Positions 50,078 to 59,890 of a stretch of 64,000 nucleotides of DNA are shown here, piece after piece. The stretch lies in the NCBI GenBank assembly GCA_963835575.1, contig CAWIGG010000004.1:1-64000 (forward strand), given 5' to 3'. A model generated the notes under the pieces. That model ran no database searches, was not told the DNA's origin, and worked only from the letters and a program-made list of their open reading frames with translations. The position numbers and the translations under genes were made by a program. Each line of letters begins with the position of its first letter. Position 1 is the first letter of the stretch. Source of the DNA: an uncultured Spirochaetota bacterium. GTDB lineage: Bacteria; Spirochaetota; Brevinematia; Brevinematales; JAOACQ01.

Positions 50078-51565
50078 TTATTTTTCTATACCTCTATAGA
50101 TCATGAATCCATCCTGGATAACAAGGAAAGTAAATGTTTTATCATTTTTATTCTTTCCGGCAAATGCTTTTAAATCATTGATATTTTTAATGGGATCGCC
50201 GTTTATGCCTGCTATGATCTGCCCTTCGGATAAAATCCCATAAAGAATGCTGTCTTCTTTAATTTTTGTTACCAGAACACCGTAATCAGCGCCATTTTGC
50301 TCAAGCAAGCCTTGAGGAGCTTCCGAAAATGAAGCACCCATGAATTCGCAGGATTCAGCCGATTTCTGAGGTTCTTCATTGTTTCCCTTCTGTCCATTTC
50401 CCTTTGCAGTTAAATCCGGTCTTTCCATCAGCTTTATAGAAAATTCCGTTCTTTTTTTATCCCTTAAGACCTGTATTTTAATTGTGGCGCCGGGAGTTTC
50501 ACCGCCGACATCTGCCTGAAGCTCATCAGGCGTATTAACCGGATTACCGTTGATAGACAATATAATATCTCCCTTTTTAAGCCCTGCTTTTTCAGCCGGG
50601 CTGCCGTTCTCTATTTTGGAGACCATAACGCCTTCGTTATCCGCAAGCCCGAATAATTTTCTTGTTACGGAATCAATCGGTGTGATATTGATGCCGAGGT
50701 ACCCGCGCTCGACTTTTCCATGATCGATAATCTGGTTCGCTATATTTTTAACAATATTAATCGGTACGGAATACCCTATACCCTGGAATCCGCCGGTTTG
50801 CGATTGAATGGCAGTGTTTATCGCTATAACCTGCCCTTTAATATTGACAAGCGGCCCGCCGGAATTACCCGGGTTAATTGCGGCGTCTGTTTGAATAAAG
50901 CGCTGAAAACCAGAAACAAGGCCCGGTCTGCCTACCGCGCTGACAACCCCTGTCGTATAAGTACCGCTCAGACCGTAAGGATTTCCGACAGCGATGACCA
51001 GATCGCCTACCTGAACTTCACTAGAGTCGCCAAGCGATATTACCGGCAGATTATCAGCGTTTATTTTAAGTATGGCAATGTCCGTATCCGGATCCACTCC
51101 GACAACTTTTGCATTAAACTTTCTGTTATCAGCCAATATAACGACAACCTTTGTCGCGTCTTTTACAACATGATAATTGCTGAAAAGATAACCGTTTTTT
51201 GTCACAATGAAGCCTGATCCGAGCATCTGCAGTTTCTGCCTGTATTCTTTCGGACCAGTGTTTTCATCACCGAAAAACCTTCTGAAAAAAGGATCGTTTA
51301 AAAATTCCCTGTAAGGATTCTGAACGATCTGCTCGCTTTCCACACTGATGCTGACTACAGCAGGCATGATGGCTTTAGCTATACTTCGGTAAACATTCTG
51401 AAGTTTAACAGCCACATCCATTCCATCCACATTATCCAGCTGCTTATCCTGTGTTTCAAAAGAAAGCCCTTTTGAAAATATCGTATTGCAGGATATAAAG
51501 ATAACCACACCAGTTATTAAAACCAGTACTGCTGAAAGGGTTAATGCTTTTTTTATTCCTTTCAC
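50078..51565 (-). CDS. degP: DegP/HtrA serine protease with two PDZ domains (probable lipoprotein)
   Basis: GSGFIV, NYHVV, TDIAILK, QTDAAINPGNSGGPL, SPAEKAGLKKGD. Confidence 0.95.
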   Translation of the reverse strand: MKGIKKALTLSAVLVLITGVVIFISCNTIFSKGLSFETQDKQLDNVDGMDVAVKLQNVYRSIAKAIMPAVVSISVESEQIVQNPYREFLNDPFFRRFFGDENTGPKEYRQKLQMLGSGFIVTKNGYLFSNYHVVKDATKVVVILADNRKFNAKVVGVDPDTDIAILKINADNLPVISLGDSSEVQVGDLVIAVGNPYGLSGTYTTGVVSAVGRPGLVSGFQRFIQTDAAINPGNSGGPLVNIKGQVIAINTAIQSQTGGFQGIGYSVPINIVKNIANQIIDHGKVERGYLGINITPIDSVTRKLFGLADNEGVMVSKIENGSPAEKAGLKKGDIILSINGNPVNTPDELQADVGGETPGATIKIQVLRDKKRTEFSIKLMERPDLTAKGNGQKGNNEEPQKSAESCEFMGASFSEAPQGLLEQNGADYGVLVTKIKEDSILYGILSEGQIIAGINGDPIKNINDLKAFAGKNKNDKTFTFLVIQDGFMIYRGIEK

Positions 51566-51644
51566 TAAAATCCTCCTTTTTATATCTTTTTATATTTAAA
51601 AATATAATAAAATTTTAAAAAAACATCAAGTTACTAAATCCACA

Positions 51645-51692
51645 TACTACATTCGTAGTGTATAATATACTACAAGCGTAGTATTATGTCAA
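51645..51692 (-). promoter_or_regulatory. Sigma70 promoter of degP overlapped by two palindromic operators
   Basis: TTGACA-17 bp-TATATT; TACTACATTCGTAGTG (51645-51660) and TACTACAAGCGTAGTA (51668-51683). Confidence 0.75.
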
Positions 51693-51721
51693 TAGTTTTT
51701 AAAAATATTTTAAAAAAAAAA

Positions 51722-52345
51722 TCACTTATCTGGAATTGAAGCGAGAATTTGACGGTTCTTATTAATACGCTCAAAGAGATTATTGACTACTTTATAATAA
51801 TCCAGAGACCCGGATTTAATCCTGTAAAGTTCATCTTCCATATGCGGCAAATCGGGTTTTAACGATTTTATATTATCAGCAGCATCCGCGAAACCCACCG
51901 CCTGATCCCAATAGTTCCTGGCATGCTTGAAATAATACTCCGCTATATCATACCCGTCAAGATAATCTTTTTTATATTCAGCATTATAGAAATAGATATG
52001 CTCTTTCATATAGAGATAACCGTAATCGATATAACCTTTTGTCAGGAGAGTACAGATGTGCATCATCAGCAGATTTTTATAACGCTCATACTGAATTTCA
52101 TCCGTAATAGGCGCCAGGGCTTTTATCGGGTGATCAAACGGGACTACATACGCCATTTCAAGAAAGTAAATATTCCTGCTGATGGAATCCTCGTCGGCAT
52201 AAAGCCATTCATTATAAAGACGGAAAAAATCCTCCTTATAATGGATCTTCTCATGTATCGGTTTAAAGCCGAATTCTTTCAGATCAGCATATGATTGAGT
52301 AAAACAAAGAAAAATTATTAATAAAAAAAAGTTGTTTTTAAACAT
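51722..52345 (-). CDS. Hypothetical secreted protein
   Basis: Signal peptide; helical aromatic-rich 207-aa ORF. Confidence 0.7.
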   Translation of the reverse strand: MFKNNFFLLIIFLCFTQSYADLKEFGFKPIHEKIHYKEDFFRLYNEWLYADEDSISRNIYFLEMAYVVPFDHPIKALAPITDEIQYERYKNLLMMHICTLLTKGYIDYGYLYMKEHIYFYNAEYKKDYLDGYDIAEYYFKHARNYWDQAVGFADAADNIKSLKPDLPHMEDELYRIKSGSLDYYKVVNNLFERINKNRQILASIPDK

Positions 52346-52410
52346 TAAGAAACCTTCCCGAATCTCCTATCTATTAAATCGGCAAAATACGGGAAAGATT
52401 GAGCCGCCTC

Positions 52411-53880
52411 TCAATAAGCTCCTTCTTTTTTCAAGACAACAGCTACCGCTTTGAACATTATAATGATATCAAGCCAGAGAGACCAGTTCTGGACATACCA
52501 GACATCGGTCTGCACTCTAAACTGATAATCCGTGTCGCTGCGGCCGCTCACCTGCCAGAGCCCGGCAAGACCGGGATAAACAGAATAATAGTACTGCTTG
52601 AACGTACCGTAGTATTTTTCAATCTCTTCCCTGACCACAGGCCGCGGCCCCACAAGGCTCATTTCGCCGCGGAGAATATTAATGATCTGGGGGAATTCAT
52701 CTATACTTGTCCGCCGCAGGAAACGCCCGATCGGTGTGCGGCGCGGGTCGTCCTTAAGTTTAAAGCTGTTATCCCATTCTTTTTGGGCTTTCGGATTCTT
52801 TTGAAGAATTTTTTTAAGCCTTTTCTCGGCATCCATATACATGGTCCTGAATTTATAGATCTGAAATTCCCTTCCGTTTTTCCCGATTCTTTTCTGAGTA
52901 TAGAGCACCGGTCCTCTGGAGGTTAATTTTATGAGAAGCGCTATAATCAGTAAAAAAGCCAGAATAATAATAAAGATAATGCCGGCCACAACAAAATCAA
53001 AAATCCTTTTTACCACAATATTCGGCGTTGAATTCAGATTATTATTAATCTTGATCATGAAGAGCTTTTCCATAAAAAGATAATGAAGTTCAGAATTGAA
53101 TATCGCCACTCCTTTAATATCCGGTATTATAACAACCCTTTTAACATGTTTGTAAATTTCATTCACAAGCCCCGTCAATACTTCCTGATCAGAAGCAGGA
53201 TTTGCAATAAACACGGTCTCAATCCTGAGCAGATTGACAAATTTCTTTATATTTCTGATACCCCTGTAAATTTTATAAATATGTCCGTTCACCGTCAGAG
53301 ATCCTTCACGCTTTTTTGAATCATCCAGCAGGCCTATGACATCGTACCCCAGATGCTCTTCATTGGACAGTCCTTTAACTGTAATGACGGCGCTTTCTCC
53401 TGATCCAATGATGAGGACCGATTCTTTCCATATTCCGATTTTATATAACAGCTTCTTGCCCCAGTACCGGACAAAAGGCAGGATCAATACCATATAAAGC
53501 CAGAGATAGAAAAAAACAGACTTGGAAACACTGCCGTACATATTCCTGATAGCGATTGTCACAAAAATGAAAACAATGGCGATTGATACCGATTTAAATA
53601 TTACTCGTGATTCTTCCCAGAACGGATAGCGCACCATATACAGTTTTTCTATCTGCAGAATAAAAATATAAGCGATGGGAATCCAGGGAATGGAAGCAAG
53701 ATAATTAAACGTATATGTGAAAGTTGAAAAATTTTCCCTGCTGAATATATAGGTGAAATTAAAAAGCAGCGTAAAGTTCAGCTGGCTGAACACGGCAAAA
53801 AGCAATGCAATATAATAAGCTATAATATCAATACATATCAGTGAAAATAACTGCACAACTGATTTTAACCGGACTTTCAT
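52411..53880 (-). CDS. wbaP: Undecaprenyl-phosphate sugar phosphotransferase (WbaP family)
   Basis: KRIFD, KFRTM, KLKDDPR.TPIG.FLRRTSIDEFPQ, MSLVGPRP, WQVSGRS, NWSLWLD. Confidence 0.92.
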   Translation of the reverse strand: MKVRLKSVVQLFSLICIDIIAYYIALLFAVFSQLNFTLLFNFTYIFSRENFSTFTYTFNYLASIPWIPIAYIFILQIEKLYMVRYPFWEESRVIFKSVSIAIVFIFVTIAIRNMYGSVSKSVFFYLWLYMVLILPFVRYWGKKLLYKIGIWKESVLIIGSGESAVITVKGLSNEEHLGYDVIGLLDDSKKREGSLTVNGHIYKIYRGIRNIKKFVNLLRIETVFIANPASDQEVLTGLVNEIYKHVKRVVIIPDIKGVAIFNSELHYLFMEKLFMIKINNNLNSTPNIVVKRIFDFVVAGIIFIIILAFLLIIALLIKLTSRGPVLYTQKRIGKNGREFQIYKFRTMYMDAEKRLKKILQKNPKAQKEWDNSFKLKDDPRRTPIGRFLRRTSIDEFPQIINILRGEMSLVGPRPVVREEIEKYYGTFKQYYYSVYPGLAGLWQVSGRSDTDYQFRVQTDVWYVQNWSLWLDIIIMFKAVAVVLKKEGAY

Positions 53881-53993
53881 TCCAATCCCTTTTTTATTTT
53901 TTTAAGGACATATTATATATTATTTTTTTAATAAAACCAAGAATCCCCTGCCTGCATAGGCACATTATATGTGAAATGCCTCATGTTAAAGTT

Positions 53994-54029
53994 AAAAAAA
54001 TAGGACTGCCTCAGCAGTCCTATTTTTTT
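53994..54029. terminator. Intrinsic terminator (A/T tracts on both sides)
   Basis: aaaaaaataggactgc-ctca-gcagtcctattttttt. Confidence 0.85.
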
Positions 54030-54040
54030 ATTAAATTATT

Positions 54041-54709
54041 CTATTCTTCAGCCGGCAGATCCTCGCTCTTATTGATACTGTCTAACACTTTGTCGGCTTT
54101 ATCTTTTAATTCAGGCGGAACTTTCTTTTGCTGAGGTTCCCAGGATTGCTTTAAGGCTTTCTGGTAAGTTTCATAATCCATAGCAAACCTCATGACATAG
54201 CGGTAGTAAGTTTTGGATATACCGCCCTGCACTTCCTGAATATATTCCCAGTAATCAGCCACATTAACAGCCCCGCTGATATTGACATTCTTCGAGACGG
54301 CGGCAATTGTTTCTTCAAAATAAGCATCCAGCTCTGTATCATCATTGAGCATCCCGCTTTTAGCGACAGCAAATTCCCTGGTCGCTATCTGTTTGATCAA
54401 TTCAGTTAAGCGCGCGATTTTCTGCGATTCAGCATCGATCCTGGCTTTTTCCTTGGTGTTTTTCTGACCTTCTACAGCCAGGAAAATAACCTTTCTGCCA
54501 ATTTCATCCTTTCCTAATTCCCATCTCTTGTTAATCCAGACAGGGGTCGGATCTTCGCTCTTCTGCAGAACATAAATCTGAATCTTAGGAGCTGTAGTAT
54601 CATCAGTCTTAGTCTGGGTTTGAGGTTCAACATCCGGTTTCTTAGGGCCGCATGAGACAAATAAAACCGCTATTAAAACCGCCCCTAATAGTAATCCAAG
54701 TTTCTTCAT
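54041..54709 (-). CDS. Lipoprotein (LPP20-like)
   Basis: MKKLGLLLGAVLIAVLFVSC lipobox; PVWI...KARIDAE pattern. Confidence 0.7.
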   Translation of the reverse strand: MKKLGLLLGAVLIAVLFVSCGPKKPDVEPQTQTKTDDTTAPKIQIYVLQKSEDPTPVWINKRWELGKDEIGRKVIFLAVEGQKNTKEKARIDAESQKIARLTELIKQIATREFAVAKSGMLNDDTELDAYFEETIAAVSKNVNISGAVNVADYWEYIQEVQGGISKTYYRYVMRFAMDYETYQKALKQSWEPQQKKVPPELKDKADKVLDSINKSEDLPAEE

Positions 54710-54745
54710 AACTATTCCTCCTTCGTTTTTATATATCATTATAAC

Positions 54746-56077
54746 TTATTCCAGTGTAAATGTTAATTCATTTCCCCTAATTTCTTTTAAATCAAATTTT
54801 TCAAATCCCGGTTTGTCCGACAATGCCTCAAAAAGCCTGTCCACAGCGTCTGTGGGACTGCCTTTATACTGCAGATTATAATCGTAAACCATATCTTCCT
54901 TTGATCCTGATTTTAGACTGATATCAACAACACCGTCTATCTTTTTGACAGCCGTAGAAAACTTACTGGCGTCTTTGTAAGATTTTACTCCTGTAAGCCT
55001 TACAAAATAAAATCTACCATTATTGACATAATTTTTCAAGCTCAGCACAAGATCGTCTTTAATTTTTTTTGACGCTTCGCGCATACTTGTCTTAATCGAA
55101 GCCGCAAGGGAAGCCGATTCATACTGCTGTCCACCTTTTTCAATAGTGGCAATTAGAGCGCCTGTCGTCCGGACAAAGACTTTTAAATTAATGATCGCGT
55201 GCGCTCTATTCCCCTGATAAGTAACCGACGGTGTAACCTCGGCGTAAAGTTCCGCAAATACTTTCTGGGCTAAAAGAAGACCCACTCCCACGCTTCCGCT
55301 GCCGGCTTCATGTAAAAGCGTTCTTTCATTAGCCAGCTTTTCAACTGTTTCCAGGTCAAATGTCTTAATATTCAGAGAAGAAAGCTCCCGGTTCAGATTA
55401 TCGACAGACCATTTAGCGTAATTTTCCTGATCGGGATCGGCTTTAATGCCGGGATCCTGCGGATTGTAATATACCAGAAAAGTCAGCGAAGATATATCAA
55501 CACCGCTGAGATCAATATTTGATGCAGATGATTGAGATTCCTGAGGATTATTAACTGTGGCTATTGTAGTTGTTGCGGCTGAAGATGCCGCTGCTGTTTC
55601 TTTCATACCCAGAGCATCAAGATCTGATTTAAGCTTTTTAATATTTACATAAGCCTGCAGTCTTAAAACCAGATTGCCGTTAGAATCCCTAGAATTGAAA
55701 ATCCATCTCTTCTGTTTTTCCGGCAGGGTTTTTTCCACTTCGCCCAGTATATATCTCCTCGCAACAGGATAGGGTAAAAAAGCCTTTTCAATGTCCGCCT
55801 TGTTTTGATTATACTTCTGTTCCCCCAGTAGATACAGCGACGCTTTTCTGATCACATCCGCATAAGCATTATTCCGCGCATCCCCGAAATCATCGGCCAT
55901 ACCTTCGCCGATAAAATCCTTGTCATCAGGCAATGTATTCTGGACAATCAATTGAGTATTATTTTCATTATCCAGATCCGGCCTGACAGCGGTTTTATTA
56001 CCGGTTGAAGTACAGGCGGTATTAATAATAAACAAAAGCATTATTGCTATAATACCCGGATGCACTATTCTATACAT
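54746..56077 (-). CDS. Hypothetical lipoprotein
   Basis: Lipobox INTAC; GEG...ARNNA..D (FlgT/LPP20-like N-terminus) and a Ser/Thr/Ala linker. Confidence 0.7.
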   Translation of the reverse strand: MYRIVHPGIIAIMLLFIINTACTSTGNKTAVRPDLDNENNTQLIVQNTLPDDKDFIGEGMADDFGDARNNAYADVIRKASLYLLGEQKYNQNKADIEKAFLPYPVARRYILGEVEKTLPEKQKRWIFNSRDSNGNLVLRLQAYVNIKKLKSDLDALGMKETAAASSAATTTIATVNNPQESQSSASNIDLSGVDISSLTFLVYYNPQDPGIKADPDQENYAKWSVDNLNRELSSLNIKTFDLETVEKLANERTLLHEAGSGSVGVGLLLAQKVFAELYAEVTPSVTYQGNRAHAIINLKVFVRTTGALIATIEKGGQQYESASLAASIKTSMREASKKIKDDLVLSLKNYVNNGRFYFVRLTGVKSYKDASKFSTAVKKIDGVVDISLKSGSKEDMVYDYNLQYKGSPTDAVDRLFEALSDKPGFEKFDLKEIRGNELTFTLE

Positions 56078-56142
56078 AAAAAGCCCCTTTTCATTATTTT
56101 AATAATAGTATCACTCTTTGTTATAATTTTCAAGAAATAATA

Positions 56143-56655
56143 TCAGCTATTTCTCTTTTTAAATAAAGGCCTGATCAGGATAATCACACCTAAACCGATA
56201 AAGAATACGGCTATCAGTACGCTTGATTTATATATTCCTCCGAAGAATAAAACAGCCAGAACAGTCAGGACAAAAACAGGGATGAGGAGTCCTGAGTTTC
56301 TTGTGGCCAGATACAGGCAAAAAAGCCCGAAAGCGGGCGCGAGCATATAATGAGGCCATGTTGCGTCGGAATTGGACCAGGAGGTGAAATTAAGCCATAA
56401 AAAATATACTGTCAGATAGAGTAATATGCCTCCGGGAACAAGAACGCCTACAGCCTCCTTTTTTTTCTCCAGAAGGAGCTGTGCGAAAATTAAAACCGGG
56501 ATCAGCATAAAAAGAGGCCATAATTTTGATAGATTAAATTCCGGAATGAAACTGCCGAACAAAAAGAATATGCCGGCTAAAATAAGTAAAATCCCTATAA
56601 CGGGAAGTCTTAAATTCATATGCTTTCCCTGCAAATCTTTCTCGCCATTGCCCAT
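56143..56655 (-). CDS. Membrane protein (LiaF/DUF5668-like)
   Basis: IGILLILAGIFFL...KLWPLFML, WP repeats, several TM helices. Confidence 0.7.
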   Translation of the reverse strand: MGNGEKDLQGKHMNLRLPVIGILLILAGIFFLFGSFIPEFNLSKLWPLFMLIPVLIFAQLLLEKKKEAVGVLVPGGILLYLTVYFLWLNFTSWSNSDATWPHYMLAPAFGLFCLYLATRNSGLLIPVFVLTVLAVLFFGGIYKSSVLIAVFFIGLGVIILIRPLFKKRNS

Positions 56656-56749
56656 AAATTTCCTCCTTATTTTGATTAAAGAATTCTATTAATCTTTGAA
56701 AATCAATTAATATGATATGCCCGAAGTAAATATTCAACTGGTGAAAAAA

Positions 56750-57913
56750 TCATCCGTCATAATATTTTTGCATGATAAATTCCGCGATATTTTTCGCTCC
56801 GCCGGCTCCGCCCATATGCGTCTTTCCCATAGCGCCTCTTTTTTTTCTTTCCTCCGAATGGTCTAAAAGATAGAGGATTTCATTTACGGCGTCCTGAGGG
56901 AATTTTTTGGTGATTTTGAGCGCGCCTCCCAAAAGTCTTTCCTGCTCCGCCATTCTGCGGCCTGTCGTTTGAGGCCCGGAACCCGTAAAGCCTATGATGG
57001 GTTTGCCTATTCCGGCGGCCTGTTCATTAGCGGTGCCGGCCAATCCGATTATGATGTCGGACCTGCTCAAAACTTCTGTAAAAAGACCATGGCAGAGAAT
57101 AACTTCGGCAGAGCCTTTTTTGAGGAAAGAGTATTCTTTTTCTTTATTCAATGCCCAGCCGAAAGCAGAAGCTTTATCTGCGATTTTTTTATCAGAGAGT
57201 GTCCCGGCAAGCGCCGCCAGAAAAGACAGGTCTTTTTTTGAAGAAAGAATATCGACAACCTCCAGTATCTTTATGAAATTGTCATAAGCCTCTTCCCGGC
57301 TTCCCGGCAGAATACCGACGGCCGGTTTATTTTTATTAATTTTAAGCTTTAAAGATTTAACATCGAGCTCATCCATCATGGGATTGCCCATAAAAAGGGC
57401 TTTCAACCCCTTTTTCTTAAGGTTTTCGGCGGTGAACGCATCATGGGTCAATAAATAATCGGTATTTCTCCTGATATACCATTCTTCTATTTTATAATGG
57501 GGTTCTATATAGTCCGACTTGGCAGGGGCCAGAAAGACAATGGGACAATTTTTCAGGGCCCGCCGGGTTAGAAAAAGCAGGGACACATCCCCGACAACAA
57601 CACAAAGCTCTATTTCATCACGGTTTTTTTTTATTTGATTAACGAATTTTAACAGAATGGGGGTATGGAATAAATCGGACAGGAAACCTTTGAGGCTTCT
57701 TGTGGGGAAGCCTCCGGAAGGAGGTACATAGGAAGAAAACAGGAGCTCTATGCCTCTTGATGAATAATCCCTGCCTTCACTGATAAGAGAGGCGCCCAGG
57801 ACTTTTTTTGATAGCTTTTTCCCTTCAAGAAGCCGCTTTAATTCCACGGCAATAAGAGCGGCGCTGCGATCCTCCCCGAAGCAATTGCTGACAAAAAGGA
57901 TTTTTTTCTGCAT
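56750..57913 (-). CDS. Lipid-A-disaccharide synthase-related glycosyltransferase
   Basis: LFVSNCFGED, PSGGF, VVGD, GNPMMD, LPGSR.EA, GLAGTANEQAAG.GKP, Q.RLLG. Confidence 0.88.
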   Translation of the reverse strand: MQKKILFVSNCFGEDRSAALIAVELKRLLEGKKLSKKVLGASLISEGRDYSSRGIELLFSSYVPPSGGFPTRSLKGFLSDLFHTPILLKFVNQIKKNRDEIELCVVVGDVSLLFLTRRALKNCPIVFLAPAKSDYIEPHYKIEEWYIRRNTDYLLTHDAFTAENLKKKGLKALFMGNPMMDELDVKSLKLKINKNKPAVGILPGSREEAYDNFIKILEVVDILSSKKDLSFLAALAGTLSDKKIADKASAFGWALNKEKEYSFLKKGSAEVILCHGLFTEVLSRSDIIIGLAGTANEQAAGIGKPIIGFTGSGPQTTGRRMAEQERLLGGALKITKKFPQDAVNEILYLLDHSEERKKRGAMGKTHMGGAGGAKNIAEFIMQKYYDG

Positions 57914-57914
57914 T

Positions 57915-58667
57915 TTATGAGCCGGCGAATTCCTCAAGCACGCTGTCCTCAATGTCGGCATTGGTCGCTACATTCTGGACATCATCATGATTTTCAAGCT
58001 CATCCATCAGCTTGAGAAGCGACATGGATTTGTCTTTTTCAAGCTTCATCGGATTCTGGGGAAGTCTCGCAATCTCTGAAGAAATGATGGCGACATTTTT
58101 ATTTTTCAAGCCCTGCAGGACCTGGCTGTAATTTTCAACGCTTGTCAATACTTCAATAACATCATCATTCTTTTTTATATCATCGGCTCCCAATTCCAGG
58201 GCTATTTCCATTATTTCATCCTCAGTATGCTTCGTGCCATCAACGCCTATATAACCTTTTCTATCAAACATCCAGCCCACGCATCCCGCTTCACCCAGGT
58301 TTCCATTATGCTTGGAAAAAATCTTTCTGATTTCAGCCGCCGTTCTATTTTTACTATCGGTTGTAATATCCATAATCACGGCGACTCCGCCCGGGCCGTA
58401 GCCTTCGTATACTAATTCCTCATAGATCACGCCTTCAATTTCGCCTGTGCCTCTTTTTATTGCTTTATCTATATTATCCTTGGGCATATTGGCTTCTTTG
58501 GCCTTATCGATCGCTGTTCGCAGGCGGGCATTAGTATCGGGATTGCCGCCGCCGTATCTCGCCGAAATAATAACCTCTTTGACTATTTTAGAAAAAAGAT
58601 TGCTTCTTTTCGCGTCCTGGGCGCCTTTTCTCTGCTTAATATTGGCCCATTTATTATGACCTGACAT
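57915..58667 (-). CDS. yebC: YebC/PmpR family protein
   Basis: MSGHNKWANIK, NMPKDNI, YEGYGPGGVA, DDVQNV. Confidence 0.97.
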   Translation of the reverse strand: MSGHNKWANIKQRKGAQDAKRSNLFSKIVKEVIISARYGGGNPDTNARLRTAIDKAKEANMPKDNIDKAIKRGTGEIEGVIYEELVYEGYGPGGVAVIMDITTDSKNRTAAEIRKIFSKHNGNLGEAGCVGWMFDRKGYIGVDGTKHTEDEIMEIALELGADDIKKNDDVIEVLTSVENYSQVLQGLKNKNVAIISSEIARLPQNPMKLEKDKSMSLLKLMDELENHDDVQNVATNADIEDSVLEEFAGS

Positions 58668-58869
58668 GGCTACCTCCAACTTTTAAGGTGAAAGATTTTA
58701 TCATATAATTGAATTAAATTCAAGTATTGGAATGAATAGTGCTTCTGTCAGCTAATAATTGAAAAATTGTATTTCCCGGATTATAATTAATATGGGTTAT
58801 TAATGGAATTTAATAATTAAAACATTAAGGCAGAGGGTTATTTCATTAAATAATACAAAGGAGACATCC

Positions 58870-59826
58870 TTGGCAAAACGGAAAATAAGCCCTTTCCAAT
58901 ATTTCCTTTATATTCTGGAATATATCGTTGTGGTACCGCTCGGTTTTTTCCTGAGGCTTCTGCCCAGGAATGCCGCTTATTTTATAGGCGACATGATCGC
59001 CAGGCTTGTATTTGCACTGGAACGGCATTATAAAAGTAAGGGTTACGCAAGTCTTGATATTATTTTTAAAGATAAACCTCTTTCAGTTCATGAAAAAGAA
59101 GAAATTATGAAAAAATTATACCGCAATATTGTCCGTTACGGCATTGAATATCTGAAATTAGGCCGGGTCACGGATAAAAATTACAAGAAATATGTTACCC
59201 TTGAAGGCCTTGAGAATATTGATAAGGCGCTGGCCCTCGGAAAAGGCCTGCTGTTCGTCACGGCGCATTTCGGAAACTGGGAATATCTCGGCAGTGTCCC
59301 GGCGAAACTCGGTAAAATCGGCGCCGTAATTATCAACCGCCAGTTCAATCCTTTTACCGATGTCTGGATTAAAAACATCCGTGAGAAAAAGGGCAAAGTC
59401 AAATGCTTTTACAATGAAGTGGGCGATATTAAACAAATCATTGATTTTCTCAAAAAAGGGGGGATTGTCGGGTTCGCTGTTGATCAGACCTATTATTTCA
59501 AACCGATTTTCGTTCCGTTTTTCAACTTACAGTCTGCCACCGCAAACGGCCCCGCCCGTTTCCACCTGAAGTACGGCGCTCCTATTATGATGGCATTCAG
59601 CATCAGACAGCCCGACGGCAAATACCTCCTCAAATATGAAGAGGCCGTTTCTTTTCCCGATACAGGGAATTTTGATGAAGACTGTAAAACGATCATGACA
59701 TGGATCAATAAGCGCTATGAGGAATATATCATTAAATATCCCGACCAGTGGTTCTCTCTCATCCATGGCCGCTGGGAACGGAACAAACCCGAAGATTTCA
59801 AAGATATTGAATGGAATCCGTATTGA
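58870..59826 (+). CDS. Lipid A late acyltransferase (LpxL/HtrB family)
   Basis: TAHFGNWE, VDQ, VPFF, YPDQW. Confidence 0.9.
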   Translation: MAKRKISPFQYFLYILEYIVVVPLGFFLRLLPRNAAYFIGDMIARLVFALERHYKSKGYASLDIIFKDKPLSVHEKEEIMKKLYRNIVRYGIEYLKLGRVTDKNYKKYVTLEGLENIDKALALGKGLLFVTAHFGNWEYLGSVPAKLGKIGAVIINRQFNPFTDVWIKNIREKKGKVKCFYNEVGDIKQIIDFLKKGGIVGFAVDQTYYFKPIFVPFFNLQSATANGPARFHLKYGAPIMMAFSIRQPDGKYLLKYEEAVSFPDTGNFDEDCKTIMTWINKRYEEYIIKYPDQWFSLIHGRWERNKPEDFKDIEWNPY

Positions 59827-59841
59827 TAAAATATTGAATAT

Positions 59842-59877
59842 AAGAAAAGCCTCCGGATTAATCCGGAGGCTTTTCTT
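59842..59877. terminator. Bidirectional terminator between convergent genes
   Basis: Perfect palindrome aagaaaagcctccggatt-aatccggaggcttttctt. Confidence 0.85.
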
Positions 59878-59890
59878 TATTAGTAATAAT

